Notes: generated by a model from the sequence alone, not told the origin. Positions 27,378-41,775 are shown, numbered from the stretch's first letter. The stretch is DNA of 64,000 nucleotides from Octopus vulgaris (GCA_951406725.2 OX597817.1:77686001-77750000); one strand, 5' to 3'. A program made the numbers and translations.

Positions 27378-27947
27378 TTGGGTTGTCTGGAAAGTTTGTG
27401 CCGATTTTTAAAGGAAAGAAAGAGGTCAATAAATACTTGCCATTACATTTTTAATCACCCAAATATGAACCATTTTGTTGCACAATGCATCTCCATCTTT
27501 CCTCTAACTTGAAAATACCCTCTTCCCAGAACTGAGGTGATTTCTTGACTAAGAATTTCATCAAGGTATCTTTTTACATCATTCAAGGAATTGAAATTTT
27601 TTCCATTAAGACTATTCTACAGAGACCTGAATAAGTGGAAATCCGAAAGAGCAATATCTGGTGAATATCGAGAGTTGGGGTAACACATCCCCGCCGAGCT
27701 GCAGCAATTTTTGTCTGGTTTCCCAAAGCAACAAGTGCTGAAAATGAACTTTCTTATCTTCCATTTTAAAGGGTTATAGAATTAACACAGGTTATAGGAA
27801 CATAAACCTTCTTCTGCGAAAATATAGCTTAAACTTTGCTCTAAATGGAGGTGTAAGTCAAGTCCTATTTTATGGACTCAACCATGTTCTAAAATAAGTT
27901 GAAAGGTAAGCTACTATAAATCGGCATGAACTTTCCGGACAACCCAA
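27378..27947 (-). mobile_element. Non-autonomous mariner (~570 bp), TA TSD
   Basis: TIRs ttgggttgtctggaaagtt / aactttccggacaacccaa; same structure as 59417-59984. Confidence 0.93.
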
Positions 27948-28521
27948 TATATATGCTGGCATGGTTAACCTCTACTTCCTATGCTGGCAGGGGTTGGACG
28001 GTTTGTCATGGAGGTGACCAGGTGGGAGCTGTCTAGACTCCAATTGTCTGTTGTAGCATGGTTGCTACAGGTGGGTGCCTTTCCTAACGCCAACCACTTA
28101 ACAGAGTGTACTGGGTGCTTTTTTTATGTGCCACCAGCAACAAGTGCATTTGCACAGCATTGGCACAGGGTGTTTACACAGCACCAGCACAGATGCTTTT
28201 TAAGGGGCATTGACACCTGAAAGGACAAGCCTGTATGTGTGGAAGACAGCGATTTTACTTAGCTTGATGTATCTTATAAAGTACAACAAACTGCCACATC
28301 TCTTTATATAAAGTCCAGGGTGGAACAAAAAATTGCTCCATATTTTACAAGAAAATTATTTGGTGATAACTGGTTAGAATGTCTTCATGTAGTCACTGTT
28401 GTACTGTTGTATTTGTGGTTGGAATTGTAATTTGACTCAATGCATATATTGTGCTTGCTTTTGAAATGTTTGTCAATTTATAAAACGTAGGAGGTACTTT
28501 TGTTGCACCCTTTACCTGTAG

Positions 28522-29202
28522 TGGAGGTGCATGGCTTAATGGCTAGGGTGTTGGTCTCATGATCATAAAATTGTGATTTCAATTCCTGGACTGGGTAATG
28601 TGTCATGTGCTTGAGCAAAACACTTCATTTCATGTTGCTCCAGTTCCCTGGGGTGACAAAAATGAGTAATTCTGTGATGGACCAGTGTCCCATCCAGTGG
28701 GGGAATATATATGCCACAAAACCTGGGAAGCTGGCCCTATGAGTCTATGTGACTCAGGAAGTTTCTTTATCCTTTGCCCTATTCTGGACTTTATAATTCC
28801 TCAAAAAATGGACAAAAAGTAAAGTTGACCCAGATGTAATGTGAACTTGGTAGGCAAAGAACCATGTCAAATTCTACAAAACATTCTTTAAAATATTGTT
28901 TGTTTGTTTCTTCTTCAGCCATGCCTAGCTCATAAGGGCTGGTTTCCCAGTTTCATTGGCGTATAAGTTCTGCACATGGATGGGACACTGGTCCATTGCA
29001 GGTGAGCTGCTGGATGCAAAAGGAAAGAGTGAGAGAAAGTTGTGGCAAAAGAGTCAGCAGAAGTTTGCCATTACCTTCTGCCAGAGCCGTGAGGAGCTTA
29101 GGTGTTTCACTCATAAACACACACATTGCTCGGTCTGAGATTTGAACCCATGATCCCTCAACTGCGAGTCTGCTGCTCTAGCCACTAGGCCATGTGTCTC
29201 TA
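28522..29202. mobile_element. Cluster of degenerate SINEs (family C + 28522-28775; family B - 28905-29202)
   Basis: Homology to other copies in the window. Confidence 0.7.
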
Positions 29203-30223
29203 CATTCTATAAAATATTGGATTCAAATTTTGGCACAAGGCCAGCAACTGGTATTTATTTTATCAACCCCCAAAAAAGTGAAAAGCAAAGTAAACCTTGG
29301 GAGAATGTTATGATGAACAAAATGCCTCTAAGCATTTTGGCATATTGCTAACATCAGCCCCAGTACTCAACTGGTACTTATTTTATTGGGCCTGAAAGTG
29401 GAATTTAACCTCGGAATGTAAAGACAGATGAAATACCGCTAAGCATTTTGGCCGGTGTGCTAATGATTCTGCCACCTTGTCACTTTAACATTCTTTGAAA
29501 TAATACATGCACAAAATGTAGTGGCTGAAGATATTTCCACAAAATAATGCTTTGCAGGATCTAAGCTGGAATTAGGGGACAGCCAAGAGAATATGTTGAC
29601 CACACAGCCAGCCACACTTGAGTCCATGACTGTTGCTATTCTCAGGTTAATGCAGTTCTTGTTATTGTTCTTGTTATTCATGCTAGTTCTATTGTTGCAG
29701 ATGTTGGTATAAGCACTGGTGGTGGTGGTGGTAGTGGTGTGATAGTAATTTTTGTTGCTCTTTTTTCTGTCTTTCTTTCTATTATAGTAGAGTTTGATAT
29801 CATATTTGCCAAAATCCAATTAGGAAATTTTCATTGAGAATCCTTTCTTTTATAAAATAAGACAACCTTTCAAAGATAAATGGTAAGATTGCATTTAATA
29901 AAAGACATCACTCTCTCTCTCTTTCTTTCTATTAAAGGAGGCACAAGCACTTTATATGTGTGTGTATATATATATATATATACACACATATAGTGCCTGT
30001 GTCAATTTAACCAATCCCATATACACATATATCTATATAATGTATGCATGTATATGTATACACACATATGTATATGTGTGTGTGTATATATATATGTATA
30101 TATATATATTATATGTATGTATATATATATATATATATATATAAACATGTATACATTATCTATCTATCAATCTATCTATATATATATATAAATAACATAC
30201 ATACATGTATACATACATACATT

Positions 30224-30255
<32 letters not shown>

Positions 30256-30708
30256 TATTTGTTGGCATTAATAAAAACAAAACACAATATCTAACTCTAC
30301 ATAAAAGGAACACAACATTGTTGCTTGACCTACTAAAAATAGCAGCTAATATCACTTTGAAATCATACCCAATCCTCAAAATAGGATACATCAGAAAGTG
30401 TAGTTTGAGATATATTAGTGCAGAAAAAAATATAAGAGGTAATGGTCATGGCTAAGTGTCTTCAACCATCAATAATAAATGATATAAACCTAAGCAACAA
30501 CTAATGGGGACAACACAGGAAAGTAGGAACTTTCTTGAGACTTAATAGAAATGAGATAGCCTTCTGGTATATACACTACTCTGTAAAGAGTGATTAATGG
30601 TAAGAAGGCTATCTAGGCATAGAATCCTTGTAAGAAAGAAAACATATGAGAAGAGAAAGATATGACATTGACTCATCTATGATGGCAGGAATATATGTAT
30701 ATATATGC

Positions 30709-30980
30709 TGTTGCCAGCCTCGCCTGGCACATAAAAAGCACCATCCGTCCGTGGCCATTTGCCAGCTCCGTCTGGCACCTGTGCGGGTGGCACGTAAAAA
30801 GCACCCACTACACTCACGGAGTGGTTGGCATTAGGAAGGGCATCCAGCCATAGAAACACTGCCAGATCAGACTGGGCCTGATGCAGCCTTCTGGCTTCAC
30901 AGACCCCAGTTGAACCGTCCAACCCATGCTAGCATGGAAAGCGGACGCTAAATGATGATGATGATGATCATGATGATGAT

Positions 30981-30982
<2 letters not shown>
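30709..30982 (+). mobile_element. Family N element
   Basis: Homology to 24790 copy, (GAT)n tail. Confidence 0.85.
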
Positions 30983-31015
<33 letters not shown>

Positions 31016-31231
31016 TCTTTTACTCGTTTCAGTCATTTGACTGCAGCCATGCTGGAACACCGCCTTTTAGTCAAGCAAATTGACCCCAGGACTTATTCTT
31101 TGGAAGCCTTGTACTTACCCTATCGGCCTCTTTTGATAAACCACTAAGTTACAGGGGCATAAACACACAAGCATCGGTTGTCAAGCAATGTTGGGGGGAC
31201 AAACACAGACACACAAACATATACACACACA

Positions 31232-31235
<4 letters not shown>
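31016..31235 (-). mobile_element. SINE family A, 3' half
   Basis: Reverse complement of 18470-18685. Confidence 0.85.
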
Positions 31236-31325
<90 letters not shown>

Positions 31326-31354
31326 CATATATATATGTATATATATATATATAT

Positions 31355-32118
31355 AAGCTGCATCGATCAGCTTTTACGTCTATGACTACTATTAGTTGTC
31401 ACTCATTCTGTGAATTCCTCAGGTGGGTAATTCTGTGTTCACTTCACTGGAGAGTAATATTGTCTGGAGTATATATATTAGCAATAATTATAACAATATA
31501 CAACATGGGATCTTGTTCATCCTCCAAATTTATTTCCTCTTATTTTAGAATTTTATACAGCATGTTTTATGGTCTTTATGACCTACACGTTTCCACTGTA
31601 TAAATTACGGGCAGTTGCAATGGAAACATGTGTAGGTCGAAAGGGCCAAAAAAGTATAGGGTATAAAATTGTAAAATAAGAGGAAATAAATTTTGACGAT
31701 GAGCAAGACTCCATGTTCTATATCATTGTGATTATTGTTAATACACACACACACACACACACACCACCCACACACACACACATACATACATACATATATA
31801 TATACATATATATATAGGTGTAGGAGTGGCTGTGTGGTAAGTAGCTAGCTTAGCAACCACATGGTTCCGGGTTCATTCCCACTGCATGGCACCTTGGGCA
31901 AGTGCCTTCTACTATAGCCTCAGGCTGACCAAAGCCTTGAGAGTGGATTTGGTAGACGGAAACTGAAAGAAACCCGCCATATATATATATATATATATGA
32001 GTGACAACTAATAGTAGTCATAGACGTAAAAGCTGATCGATGCAGTTAGCTGTAACCTGGAAAATAACTGAGAGCCACCATAGTATCTGCCTGGATGATA
32101 TGTCCCTTCAAATTCACA
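31355..32118. mobile_element. Fold-back PLE-like element interrupted by microsatellite and SINE
   Basis: Inner diverged arms ~31477-31599 / 31616-31742; outer identical arms 31359-31406 / 31997-32045; HHR 3' half gaaacatgtgtaggtc. Confidence 0.6.
31817..31980 (+). mobile_element. SINE family A, 5' half
   Basis: Homology to 18277 copy. Confidence 0.88.
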
Positions 32119-32266
32119 TATATATGTGTATATATACATACATGCATACATACATATATGTGTGTGTGTGTCTCTGTGTGTGTATCTGTGTGTGTGTGTG
32201 TGTATTTGTAAATACATATTTATACATACATACACATATACATACATATATCTATATACATATTTA

Positions 32267-33757
32267 TAGGGTCATCCCATAAATAATGGGTTTTTTTTAT
32301 ACTTCTTTTATTTTTCAAAATAAAGATAATCAGAGTTCTTTTTTAATCTAAAATATACTCGCTTTCATTTTCTACAATGCTCTTCCATCTATCTGGCAGA
32401 CTTGCAAGGACGATCTTCCAAAATTTACTTGTCTATGTTGAAGAATAATCCTCCAATACTGTTCCTACCTCGTCTACAGAATTCATAGATTTTCATCCAA
32501 ATAATTTTGAAGACAATGGAATAAATGATAATCAGATGGGGCAATTTCCTGCGAATATGGTGGGTGGTGGATCGTTTCCCATTCAAACTGCCTAGCCTTT
32601 AAAATGTCATTCTTGCTGTATGTGGCTGAGCATTATCCTGATGGAAGAACACATTTCATCTTGAAACCAAAGATGGTCATTTTCCTTCTAGCACTGACTT
32701 GAGCTGCTCAGACTGCTCACAGTAGATCTCCTTTGTTATTGTTTGGCTTGGGTTTAACCCTTTCATTACCAGCCCAACTGAAACTGGCTCTGCCTCTGAG
32801 TACAAGTATCTTGTTTTCATAAGTTTTGAATTAAAATCTTTCACCAAACCTTAGTCACAATTTATGTTCCTAACACTAGCTTAATGATATCTAAGTTATT
32901 TTACTAAATTCTTTCTTATATTTAAAGTAATTGAATGAAACACAGAACATCACAATACAGTAACAAAAGGGTTAAAAGTTCAAATTGGACTAAATTTTTC
33001 ATATCCCACCAAACTGATAACAACACCTTATATGGGTGAAGACCTTTAGCCTGGGGTGCCAGCGTTTCTCCTTTCTCTACCCACTATCTTCGGTGCTTGA
33101 CATTTTTATAGAGAACCCATTTCTTGTCACCAGTCACTATTCGGTCCAAAAAGGTTCATTCATGAGATGTGACGAGCACATATTTACTCTCTGCACATGA
33201 TTAGACTTGAAAATGTTGTGAGGAACCTATTGACCCAATTTGCTGACATTTTTGATGGCACGCAGGTATCGATGAATGGTTGAATGATCAAATCCAAGAT
33301 TCTCTGCTAGTTCCTCCACAGTTACAATGGGATTTTGTTCTATCAGGATTTGCAGGACATCCTCATCAAGCTCTACAGATCTTACAGGATAAGGCTCATC
33401 TTCTAAGCTATAGTTTTTGGCTTAGAATTTCTGGAATCACTATTAACATGGGCTTACACTTATTGTCTGATCTCCATATACTGCATTAATATTCCTTGCA
33501 TTTTCTGTTGCGTTTTTGCCTTAATTGAACTCATAAAGCAAAATATGCTAAATATGTTCCTTTGCCACTTCCATTATAGCTTTGAAAAAATAATAGTTAA
33601 ATCGAACTGCACTCTTCAAAACTTGCACTAAGAATAAGCACAAGGTAAAATTACTACCTCCTTTTATAGCAAGTTGATGCAGGTAGTTTATCTCATCCCC
33701 CTCCCACTTTTAGTTCATGCAATTGAAGAAAACCTTATTAATTACGAGATGACCCAA
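32267..33757 (-). mobile_element. Near full-length degenerate mariner transposon
   Basis: TIRs tagggtcatcccataaat / attacgagatgacccaa, TA flanks; IVTGDKKWVLY, FHQDNAQPH, HPPYSQEIAPSDYHLF. Confidence 0.93.
32758..32971. mobile_element. piggyBac-type MITE nested in the mariner
   Basis: TTAA TSD on both sides; ends ccctttcattac / gtaacaaaaggg. Confidence 0.85.
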
Positions 33758-34110
33758 TATATACAAGCACGCACACACATACGTGTGTGTGTATATGCGT
33801 ATATATATGATAGAGATTGAAGAAGGAACAGATATGAGGGTTTAGTAGTGAGGGAGTATTATTATCAAAGTGTAGGGAATGAACCAGATGTAAAGTGCAT
33901 TGGATAGTGGTGGTGTTGGTGGTGGAAGTGATGAAGGTGATTTGGCGAGTGATGCATGTGTCTGAGAGAGGCTGGTTTCTCAACTGGTCATTAGGTCATT
34001 GTCAATATAGACCTATGTTCTGGTCAGTTATGAAATGAAAAAAAAAAAAACCCAGAAATTAATTAATTGAGCTAAATGGATAAGACATAGTCTAAAAAAA
34101 TGTGTATATA

Positions 34111-34712
34111 GGCATAGGTATAGCTGTGTGGTAAAATGCTTGCTTCTCAGCTACATGGCTCCTGGTTCAGTCCCACTGCATGACACTTTGAGCAAGTGTC
34201 TTTTACAATAGTCTTAGGCCAACCAAAGACTTGTGAGTGGATCTGGTAGATGGAAATTGAAAGAAGCCTATCATATATATTTATATTTATGTGTGTGTGT
34301 ATTTGTGTCTGTTTGTCCCCCCACCATTGCTTGAGAACCAATGTTGGAGTGTTTACGTTGCCATAACTTGGCAGTTCAGCAGAAGAGACTGATAGAATAA
34401 GTACTAAGCTTACAAAGATGTTGATTTGTTCGACCAAAACCCTTTAAGGTGGTGCTCCAGCATGGCTGCCATCAAATGACTGAAACAAGTAAAAGAATAA
34501 GAGAATAAAAGAATATGTGTATTAATGAATAGTAATATATAGGCGCAGGAGTGGCTGTGTGGTAAGTAGCTTGCTAACCAAACACATGGTTCTGGGTTCA
34601 GTCCCACTGCATGGCATCTTGGGCAAATGTCTTCTGCTATAGCCCCGGGCCGACCAATGCCTTGTGAGTGGATTTGGTAGACGGAAACTGAAAGAAGCCT
34701 GTTGTATATATG

Positions 34713-34747
<35 letters not shown>

Positions 34748-34953
34748 CTGTGTTTGTCCCCCTAGCATTGCTTGACAACCGATGCTGGTGTGTTTACGTC
34801 CCCGTCACTTAGTGGTTTGGCAAAAGAGACCGATAGAATAAGCACTGGGCTTACAAAGAATAAGTCCCGGGGCCGATTTGCTCGACTAAAGGCGGTGCTC
34901 CAGCATGGCCGCAGTCAAATGACTGAAACAAGTAAAAAAAAAAAAAAAAAAAA
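34111..34953 (+). mobile_element. Two tandem family-A SINEs (34111-34513, 34542-34953)
   Basis: Homology to 18277 copy. Confidence 0.92.
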
Positions 34954-34991
34954 TATATGTGTATTTGAACAACTATGTGTTTATGTGTGCA

Positions 34992-35023
<32 letters not shown>

Positions 35024-35453
35024 ATTGAGAAAATTCTAAAAGGAGAGAGAGAAAGGTAGAGGAAGAGACCAAAAATACTGGTGAAAGGAGCAATGTGGTG
35101 TGGAGAAGAGAGAAGGAATGATGGGAAAGTTAAGGAATGTTGAGAAGCAAGAATAAGTTGCCAAGTCAATGAATGGGCCAGAGGATGGTCAAGAATCAAT
35201 GGAGGTCTGAATATAATCAAGTTGTAATACAAAGATAGGTAGATGTATTCGTTTGGACACACACACACACACACACACATACATGCCCATCCACCCACCT
35301 GCTAGCATGCATGCGCATGACCGTGCACAGGTGAACACATCCATACCTATCATTCTCTGTCTTTACCTATATATAGATGTTTCTCTCTCTAACTAGCTTT
35401 CTTTCTTTCTCTCTCACTCTCCCTCTTTTTCGCTATATCTATATATGTATGTA

Positions 35454-35507
<54 letters not shown>

Positions 35508-35542
35508 TATATACACACATGCATATATATATATGTATATAT

Positions 35543-35577
<35 letters not shown>

Positions 35578-36656
35578 TGTATAAGGCTGCTCATCAGGTA
35601 AACTGCAAAATAACAGGTCACTAGACTGGGCTACATACGTATACATACATCCATACATATGATGTATATGTAGTTATCTACATATGTGCATGTATGCGTA
35701 TACTTATATACATATATTACACACACACACACAATATACTTATTTATTATATATAGATATATACATACATACATACATACCTACACCCACACACACATAT
35801 ATATGGAGAGTAAAGGCTGGTTGGAGTGATTGACATATATTTATGCATGTTTATATGTTTATGTATGTGTTTGCATGTGTGTTCATATGTGTATATACCT
35901 CATATGGTTTCTCAGCAAGCAAGACCTAACGAGTGGTTGACAGCAAAAGCAAGAGAGCAATCCTGCTGGTATGGCCCAATCAGAAGTCTATTACCAAAAG
36001 TCTATTAACAAACATTGTGTCTCCACTTTATAATATAAGATAGCATGATAGCAGTGTTGATATCGGTGGTGATATTGGTGGCACCATCAGTTTGTAGTGG
36101 TGGTAGTTTGTGAGTGGTGATTGTAGCAATGGCTGTGGTGTGGTGTCAGTGTTGGTAGGGAGAAATGGCTTGTTCAGTGAAGCAATCTCAAATGGATGCT
36201 CAGGTTTTATAAAAGACGGTCCAGTCGGTCATTCGATGTCAGCCATTTGCTTCTGTTCAAGCAAATGATTTTCGTGAATTAAGTACAGGCTAAGGCGAGT
36301 CACAATGGAAGCACATTAAGACATTGTTATCGTAGTCGGGGTTTTAAGTGTTGGGTTTTTTGGCGTTGGGTCTCTAGACGGCAGCAGCAGTACCCACCAC
36401 CACCACCACCATCACCACCACCACCACCGCCGCCGTTGCTGCTGCCATCGCCATCACCACCATCGTCACCACCATCACCAATATACCTGTCAAACTAGAT
36501 TGAACAGTTTAGGCTATAGGCTGTTCTTTTACACAGAAAATAAACCAAAACAACATTACTACCACTACCACCAGCAACAATACTACTATTATCACTACCA
36601 CCAGTACAACTATGAATATTACCACCACCACCACCACCACCACTACTACTATTGCC

Positions 36657-36982
36657 TGTAACTTACTGGTTCAGTAAAAGAGACTGATAGAATAAGTACT
36701 GGGCTTACAAAGAATAAGCCCTTGGGTTAATTTGCTTAACTAAAGTTGGTGCTCCAGCTGCAGTCAAATGCCTGAAACAAGTAAAAGAATAAAAGAATAT
36801 ATATATATTTATATATATATATACTTGCGGAGTGTTTGGCGTTAGGAAGGGCATCCAGCTGTAGAAACACTGCCAGATCAGACTGGAGCCTGGAGCAGCC
36901 CCTGGCTCCCCAGACCCCGGTCGAACCGTCCAACCCGTGCTAGCGCGGAAAACGGACGTTAAACGATGATGATGATGATGAT
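36657..36982 (+). mobile_element. Family A 3' fragment followed by family N 3' fragment
   Basis: Homology to other copies. Confidence 0.8.
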
Positions 36983-37229
36983 ATATATATATATATTTGT
37001 ATCTATATATATATACATCCAAATTGAGTGAGTGGAACAGGTAAAATTCAGGCTAAAATTCAGATCCTCTGAGGCAGTAATTACCCAACAAGGGATACTC
37101 AACTAGCTACTAATTAGGCTGAATATACCGCGATTATATGAAGGTTCCATTGTCATTAAGGAATTCCCAAGTTTACTTGTCAAAGATATGATATGAAATT
37201 TTATACCTACCAAGGACTGCTCAAAGCTT

Positions 37230-37969
37230 ACAGACACCCTACACTTAGATCCTTGGATCTTATAATTACATATCAATATCCCTTCATCGTCACCCCTCCC
37301 TCGTTACCCCACTCCTACACATTCCAACCCCATCATCCCTATACATTTCATCCCACCCTCCACCCCATCCATTAGACTACACCCTTGCTTCCCCCACACA
37401 CCAACACCACCACACCACACACCAACACACCATTCACCACCACTCTACCACACCACACACCAGCACACCACACACCAGCACACCACACACCAGCACACCA
37501 CACACCAGCACACCACGCACCAGCACACCACACACAACCATACCACACCACATTACACCACCCTGCACACACTAGCACTAACCACTTCCCAGCACCCACA
37601 CTAGCACTTACCACTTCCCACCACCTACTCCATCATCCACACACCTACACATACACATGTCAATGTCATCAGCCCCCTTCAACATGCTCATACACACGCA
37701 CGTCCACCTTCATTTTGGGATCACCACTCCTTTATTATCTCCCCTTCTTCCTAGCTCTCCTGTATGACCCCTCTGTCCTGCATTCACCATAATAGATCTC
37801 TAGCCACAAAACATTTTTCTATTTTCTTTTACTGTTTATTTCTGTGTTCCTTTTTGTTGAAGAGCGTAGGCTCGAAACGTAAAAGACTTTCTCACTTCTT
37901 AAGCATTAAACTAATACATCTGTTTGTTTACACACCTGGCTTCGTCTTTTGTTTTTTGTAAATTCTCAC

Positions 37970-37972
<3 letters not shown>
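37230..37972 (+). mobile_element. PLE 3' region: C/A-rich tract with 15-bp minisatellite and degenerate HHR (37850-37885)
   Basis: cttt TTGTTGA a gagc-gtag-gctc GAAACGTA aaag; 37790-37972 homologous to 384-570; left boundary uncertain. Confidence 0.6.
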
Positions 37973-38012
<40 letters not shown>

Positions 38013-38836
38013 TCATCATCATCATCATCATCGTTTAACGTCATTGCGGTACTGGCTACGGTCACATTCGGATGGTTTTCTTATGTGCCACCGGCACTGG
38101 TACCACAAGGATACAAATTCCATTGATGTTCATCTATTTTGATTTGGTTCGATTTGATTTGATATATATATGTAAGTGGATGAGTGATGTAGAATTTGAA
38201 ATGGGTAATTTACTTGAGTTCAACTTGACTGAGTGTTATGCAGTGAATACTTCTGATGCCCTCATACCTAAGACATCTCCATGACCCTGCAAACGCAATT
38301 ACCATGCAACCAATCCCACTGATTATCTATCTTCTTCTACTGCTCATACTTCAGTACTCACTACCCATTGGTCCATCAGATTTACAATTGATAAATATCA
38401 TTTCCGATATTGCACTGCATTAACCTTCGGTGTTCATTGATTTACAAGAACCCAAGTTTATTCACATTAGATGACAAAAATAATAAAAATAATAATAACA
38501 ATTACGGTAATAAAAATAATAATAATAATAATAACAACAATAATAATGATGATGATGATGAGGATTATGATGATGAAGGTAAATAAACAACTTCAAAAAA
38601 TAAACAACCTCTTTCTACAATTTTTGCATGCATTCCATTGATTCCAAGTGATTACCATTTATCGAGGAACTCCCGGCAGACCGAAATAATTGAAAGATTT
38701 GAAATGTCTTATTAAGAAAAACATATTCAAGGAACTGACAATGTTATTGAGAGGAGACTGGTGAGAACAGCAACTGGATATACATACATATATACATACA
38801 AACATATACATACATGTACATACATGTACATACATG

Positions 38837-38867
<31 letters not shown>

Positions 38868-39211
38868 GTATACACATACACACACTCATACATATATGTG
38901 TGTATATATATATTTATGTATATATATGTGTGTGTGTGGATATATATATATATATATATATATGGTGTATATAAATTATTTATTATGCAGTCTTTCTTCA
39001 ATCACATCGCAGTATATTCAGTCATTTGCAGGAGAGTGCAAACAATTTTTCTCTCTGTATCTAAATGCATGCATATATAAAAAATTGTATACATATACAT
39101 ACATGCACATATACATATATGTATGTATACATGTATATATATGCATGTGTGTGGGGAGTGCGTGCATGCATGAGTATGTATGTATTTGTATGTATATACA
39201 TATATATGTAA

Positions 39212-39269
<58 letters not shown>

Positions 39270-39317
39270 TGTGTGTGTATATATATATATATAATATATA
39301 TATATTGTATGTATATT

Positions 39318-39355
<38 letters not shown>

Positions 39356-39589
39356 GTATATATATACATATGTGCATATGCAAACTGACATTCTTATATG
39401 TGTATATGCTGTATGAGTGTGTGTTTGTTGTTGTTTGTGTGTGCATGTGTGTGTGTTGGTAGCAAGGGATGTTTTGCTTTCCTCGAGAGTCCAGCTTGTC
39501 ATATAAGAAGAGGAAAAGTTGAAAATACTTTTCCAGCAAGTATAAGAAATTTTTTGTATGTTAGGAATGTTTTGAAATTGAAACAAATA

Positions 39590-40015
39590 TCACCACCATC
39601 ACCACCACCACCACTCATATGACCAGGATCCCCATTATTAACAGCAACATCAACACCACCACCACCACCATGACCAATGCCACCACAAAAATCACCACGA
39701 CCACCACCACTGTCGTCACCACTACCACCACCACCACCACCACCACCACTGCCAACACAACCACCACCACCACCATCAATACCACTGTCACCGCCGCTGC
39801 CACCACCACCACCACCACCATCACCACCATTAACACCAAAACTACCACCCATATCATCAACATCTACTAAGAGCAACACTACCACCACTGTCACCACTAC
39901 CATCGTCATCACTACCACCACCCATATTACCAGCTTCTCCACTATTACCAGCAGCAGCAGCAGCAGCAACACGATGACGCCCACCACCACCATGACCAAT
40001 GCCACCACAAAAATC
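39590..40015. repeat. (ACC)n-rich low-complexity tract with a duplicated ~33-mer
   Basis: caccaccatgaccaatgccaccacaaaaatc near 39662 and 39985. Confidence 0.85.
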
Positions 40016-40037
40016 TTGAGCAGAAGTTTGAATCAAA

Positions 40038-40245
40038 GGTGGTGAGCTGGCAGAATCGTTAGCAAGCCAGGATAATGAATGGTTAGCAGTATTTCGTCTA
40101 TTGCAACATTCTGAGTTCAAATTCCGCCAAGGTCTTTCATCCTTTCGGGGCTGATTAAATAAGTACCAGTTATGCACTGGGGTCAATGTAACTGACTTAA
40201 TCCCTTCCCCCAAATTTCAAGCTTTGTGTCTTCAATAGAGAGGAT
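40038..40245 (+). mobile_element. SINE family M
   Basis: Homology to other copies, (ATT)n tail. Confidence 0.85.
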
Positions 40246-40269
40246 TATTATTATTATTATTATTATTAT

Positions 40270-40901
40270 CTTTTTTTCTTCTTCTTTCAAATTTGCATCC
40301 ATTTCTTGCCGAGTGTCTTCCCGACTCCTAGGGCAAAGAAACTCATAGTATACATTGGGAGGCCATTAAACTAGACTAACTAGTTCGTTCATTTTTTTTT
40401 TCTTAAAGTTAAATTAAAATACATGGGTAGTAATAGTTCTCACATCGACAATGTTCTTCTCAATACGTGTGATGTACCAGTTATGACAATCTTTTGCACT
40501 TCTTGCAGGGATGGTAAGCCAGGGATAATTCTCATATAATTTTCGGTTCCCTTCTTGATCATTCCTAGTGCTCTTACGATCACTGGTATTGTAACCGCCT
40601 TGAGATGCCACATTTTCTCAATTTCAATGAGCAGGTCTTTATAATTTTCTGAGCTTGTCAAACTCTTTCGCCGAGACATTATGATCACAGGGGATGCTCA
40701 TGTCGATCAATAAGCAAACTTTATTGTTTTGGTCTTTCGCAACAATATCTGGTTTATTGGCTTTGATGGTTCGGTCTATATGTACTGGAAAGTCCCACAG
40801 AATCGTTACATTTTCTCCTTCAGTTACAGCTTCAGGGTGGTGATTATACCACTTGTTGGCAGTTTTGATATTGTAATGCCGACTTATTAGCCAGTGTAGA
40901 T
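40270..40901 (-). mobile_element. R4/Dong-type LINE 3' fragment
   Basis: ILWDFPVHIDRTIKANKPDIV..LIDMSIP..KDLLIEIEKMWHLK; (ATT)n flanks. Confidence 0.92.
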
Positions 40902-40959
40902 ATTATTATTATTATTCTTATTCTTATTATTATTATCATTACTATCATCATTATTATTA

Positions 40960-41340
40960 AGGCGGTGAGCTGGCAGAATTGTTCGCATGTCAGGTGATAC
41001 GTTTAGCAGTATTTCATCTGCCGCCACGTTCTGAGTTCAAATTCCGCTGAGGACGACTTTCGGGGTCGATTAAGAAAGTACAAGTTACACAATGGGGTCG
41101 ATGTAATCGACTTAATCCCCTCCCCCAAGCTGCCCTAGTGGCAAAAACTTGAAATCATTATCATTATCATTGTTATAATTATTAGGGGTAGTGAGCTGGC
41201 AGAATCATTAGCACACCAGGAAAAATGCTTAGCGGTATTTTGTCTGTCTTTATATTCTGAGTTCAAATTCTACTGAGGTCAGCTTCGCCTTTCATCCTTT
41301 CAAGGTTGATAAAATAAGCACCAGTGAAACACGGGTTGCT
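40960..41340 (+). mobile_element. Two tandem family-M SINEs
   Basis: Heads at 40960 and 41186. Confidence 0.85.
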
Positions 41341-41386
41341 GCAGTAAGAATTATTCTTCTTCTTCTTATTATTATTATACTTATTA

Positions 41387-41775
41387 CTAACAGTATCGCC
41401 TGGCATTGCTTGGGTTTGTTTTGACCCTTTAGACTTGGAATTTTTGAAAAGTAAAAATTTTGCATTATGTAGCTTGTTATTTTCTTTAAGTGAACATTTT
41501 TCTGGTTGAAATACACCGAAAAATGGCAACACAGCAGTCAAAAAGTCGTAAAAAATAGGGATTTTCATAGAAAAAAAAGCACCTTTATGGTGTAAATAAT
41601 TTTTGGTCTTAACATGGTCCGATTTGAATTTTATCTTCTACGGAATAAAGAGCAAGCCTTCTTCTATCATACTCTCAATTTTCGTCAACTTGTGCCGCAA
41701 GGTCTCGGACGAGATAGTGTTAGTTGAAGGCCACCAAACCTGCCACACAGATAACTTCAGCTTTATATATATAGA
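41387..41775 (-). mobile_element. Non-autonomous Helitron
   Basis: Minus strand starts A|TCtatatatataaag and ends with a decayed hairpin plus (C>T)TAG|T. Confidence 0.7.

Noticed and set aside
29460-29819. 119-aa ORF
   Set aside because: Low complexity, ends inside a SINE, no recognisable motif.
35584-35600. CTGATGA on the minus strand as a hammerhead
   Set aside because: No downstream GAAA, helix III or closing helix I.
39499-40213. Overlapping Gly-, Pro-, Thr- and Val-rich ORFs resembling mucin or extensin
   Set aside because: Open in many frames because of (ACC)n degeneracy; they run into a SINE and lack splice or domain support.
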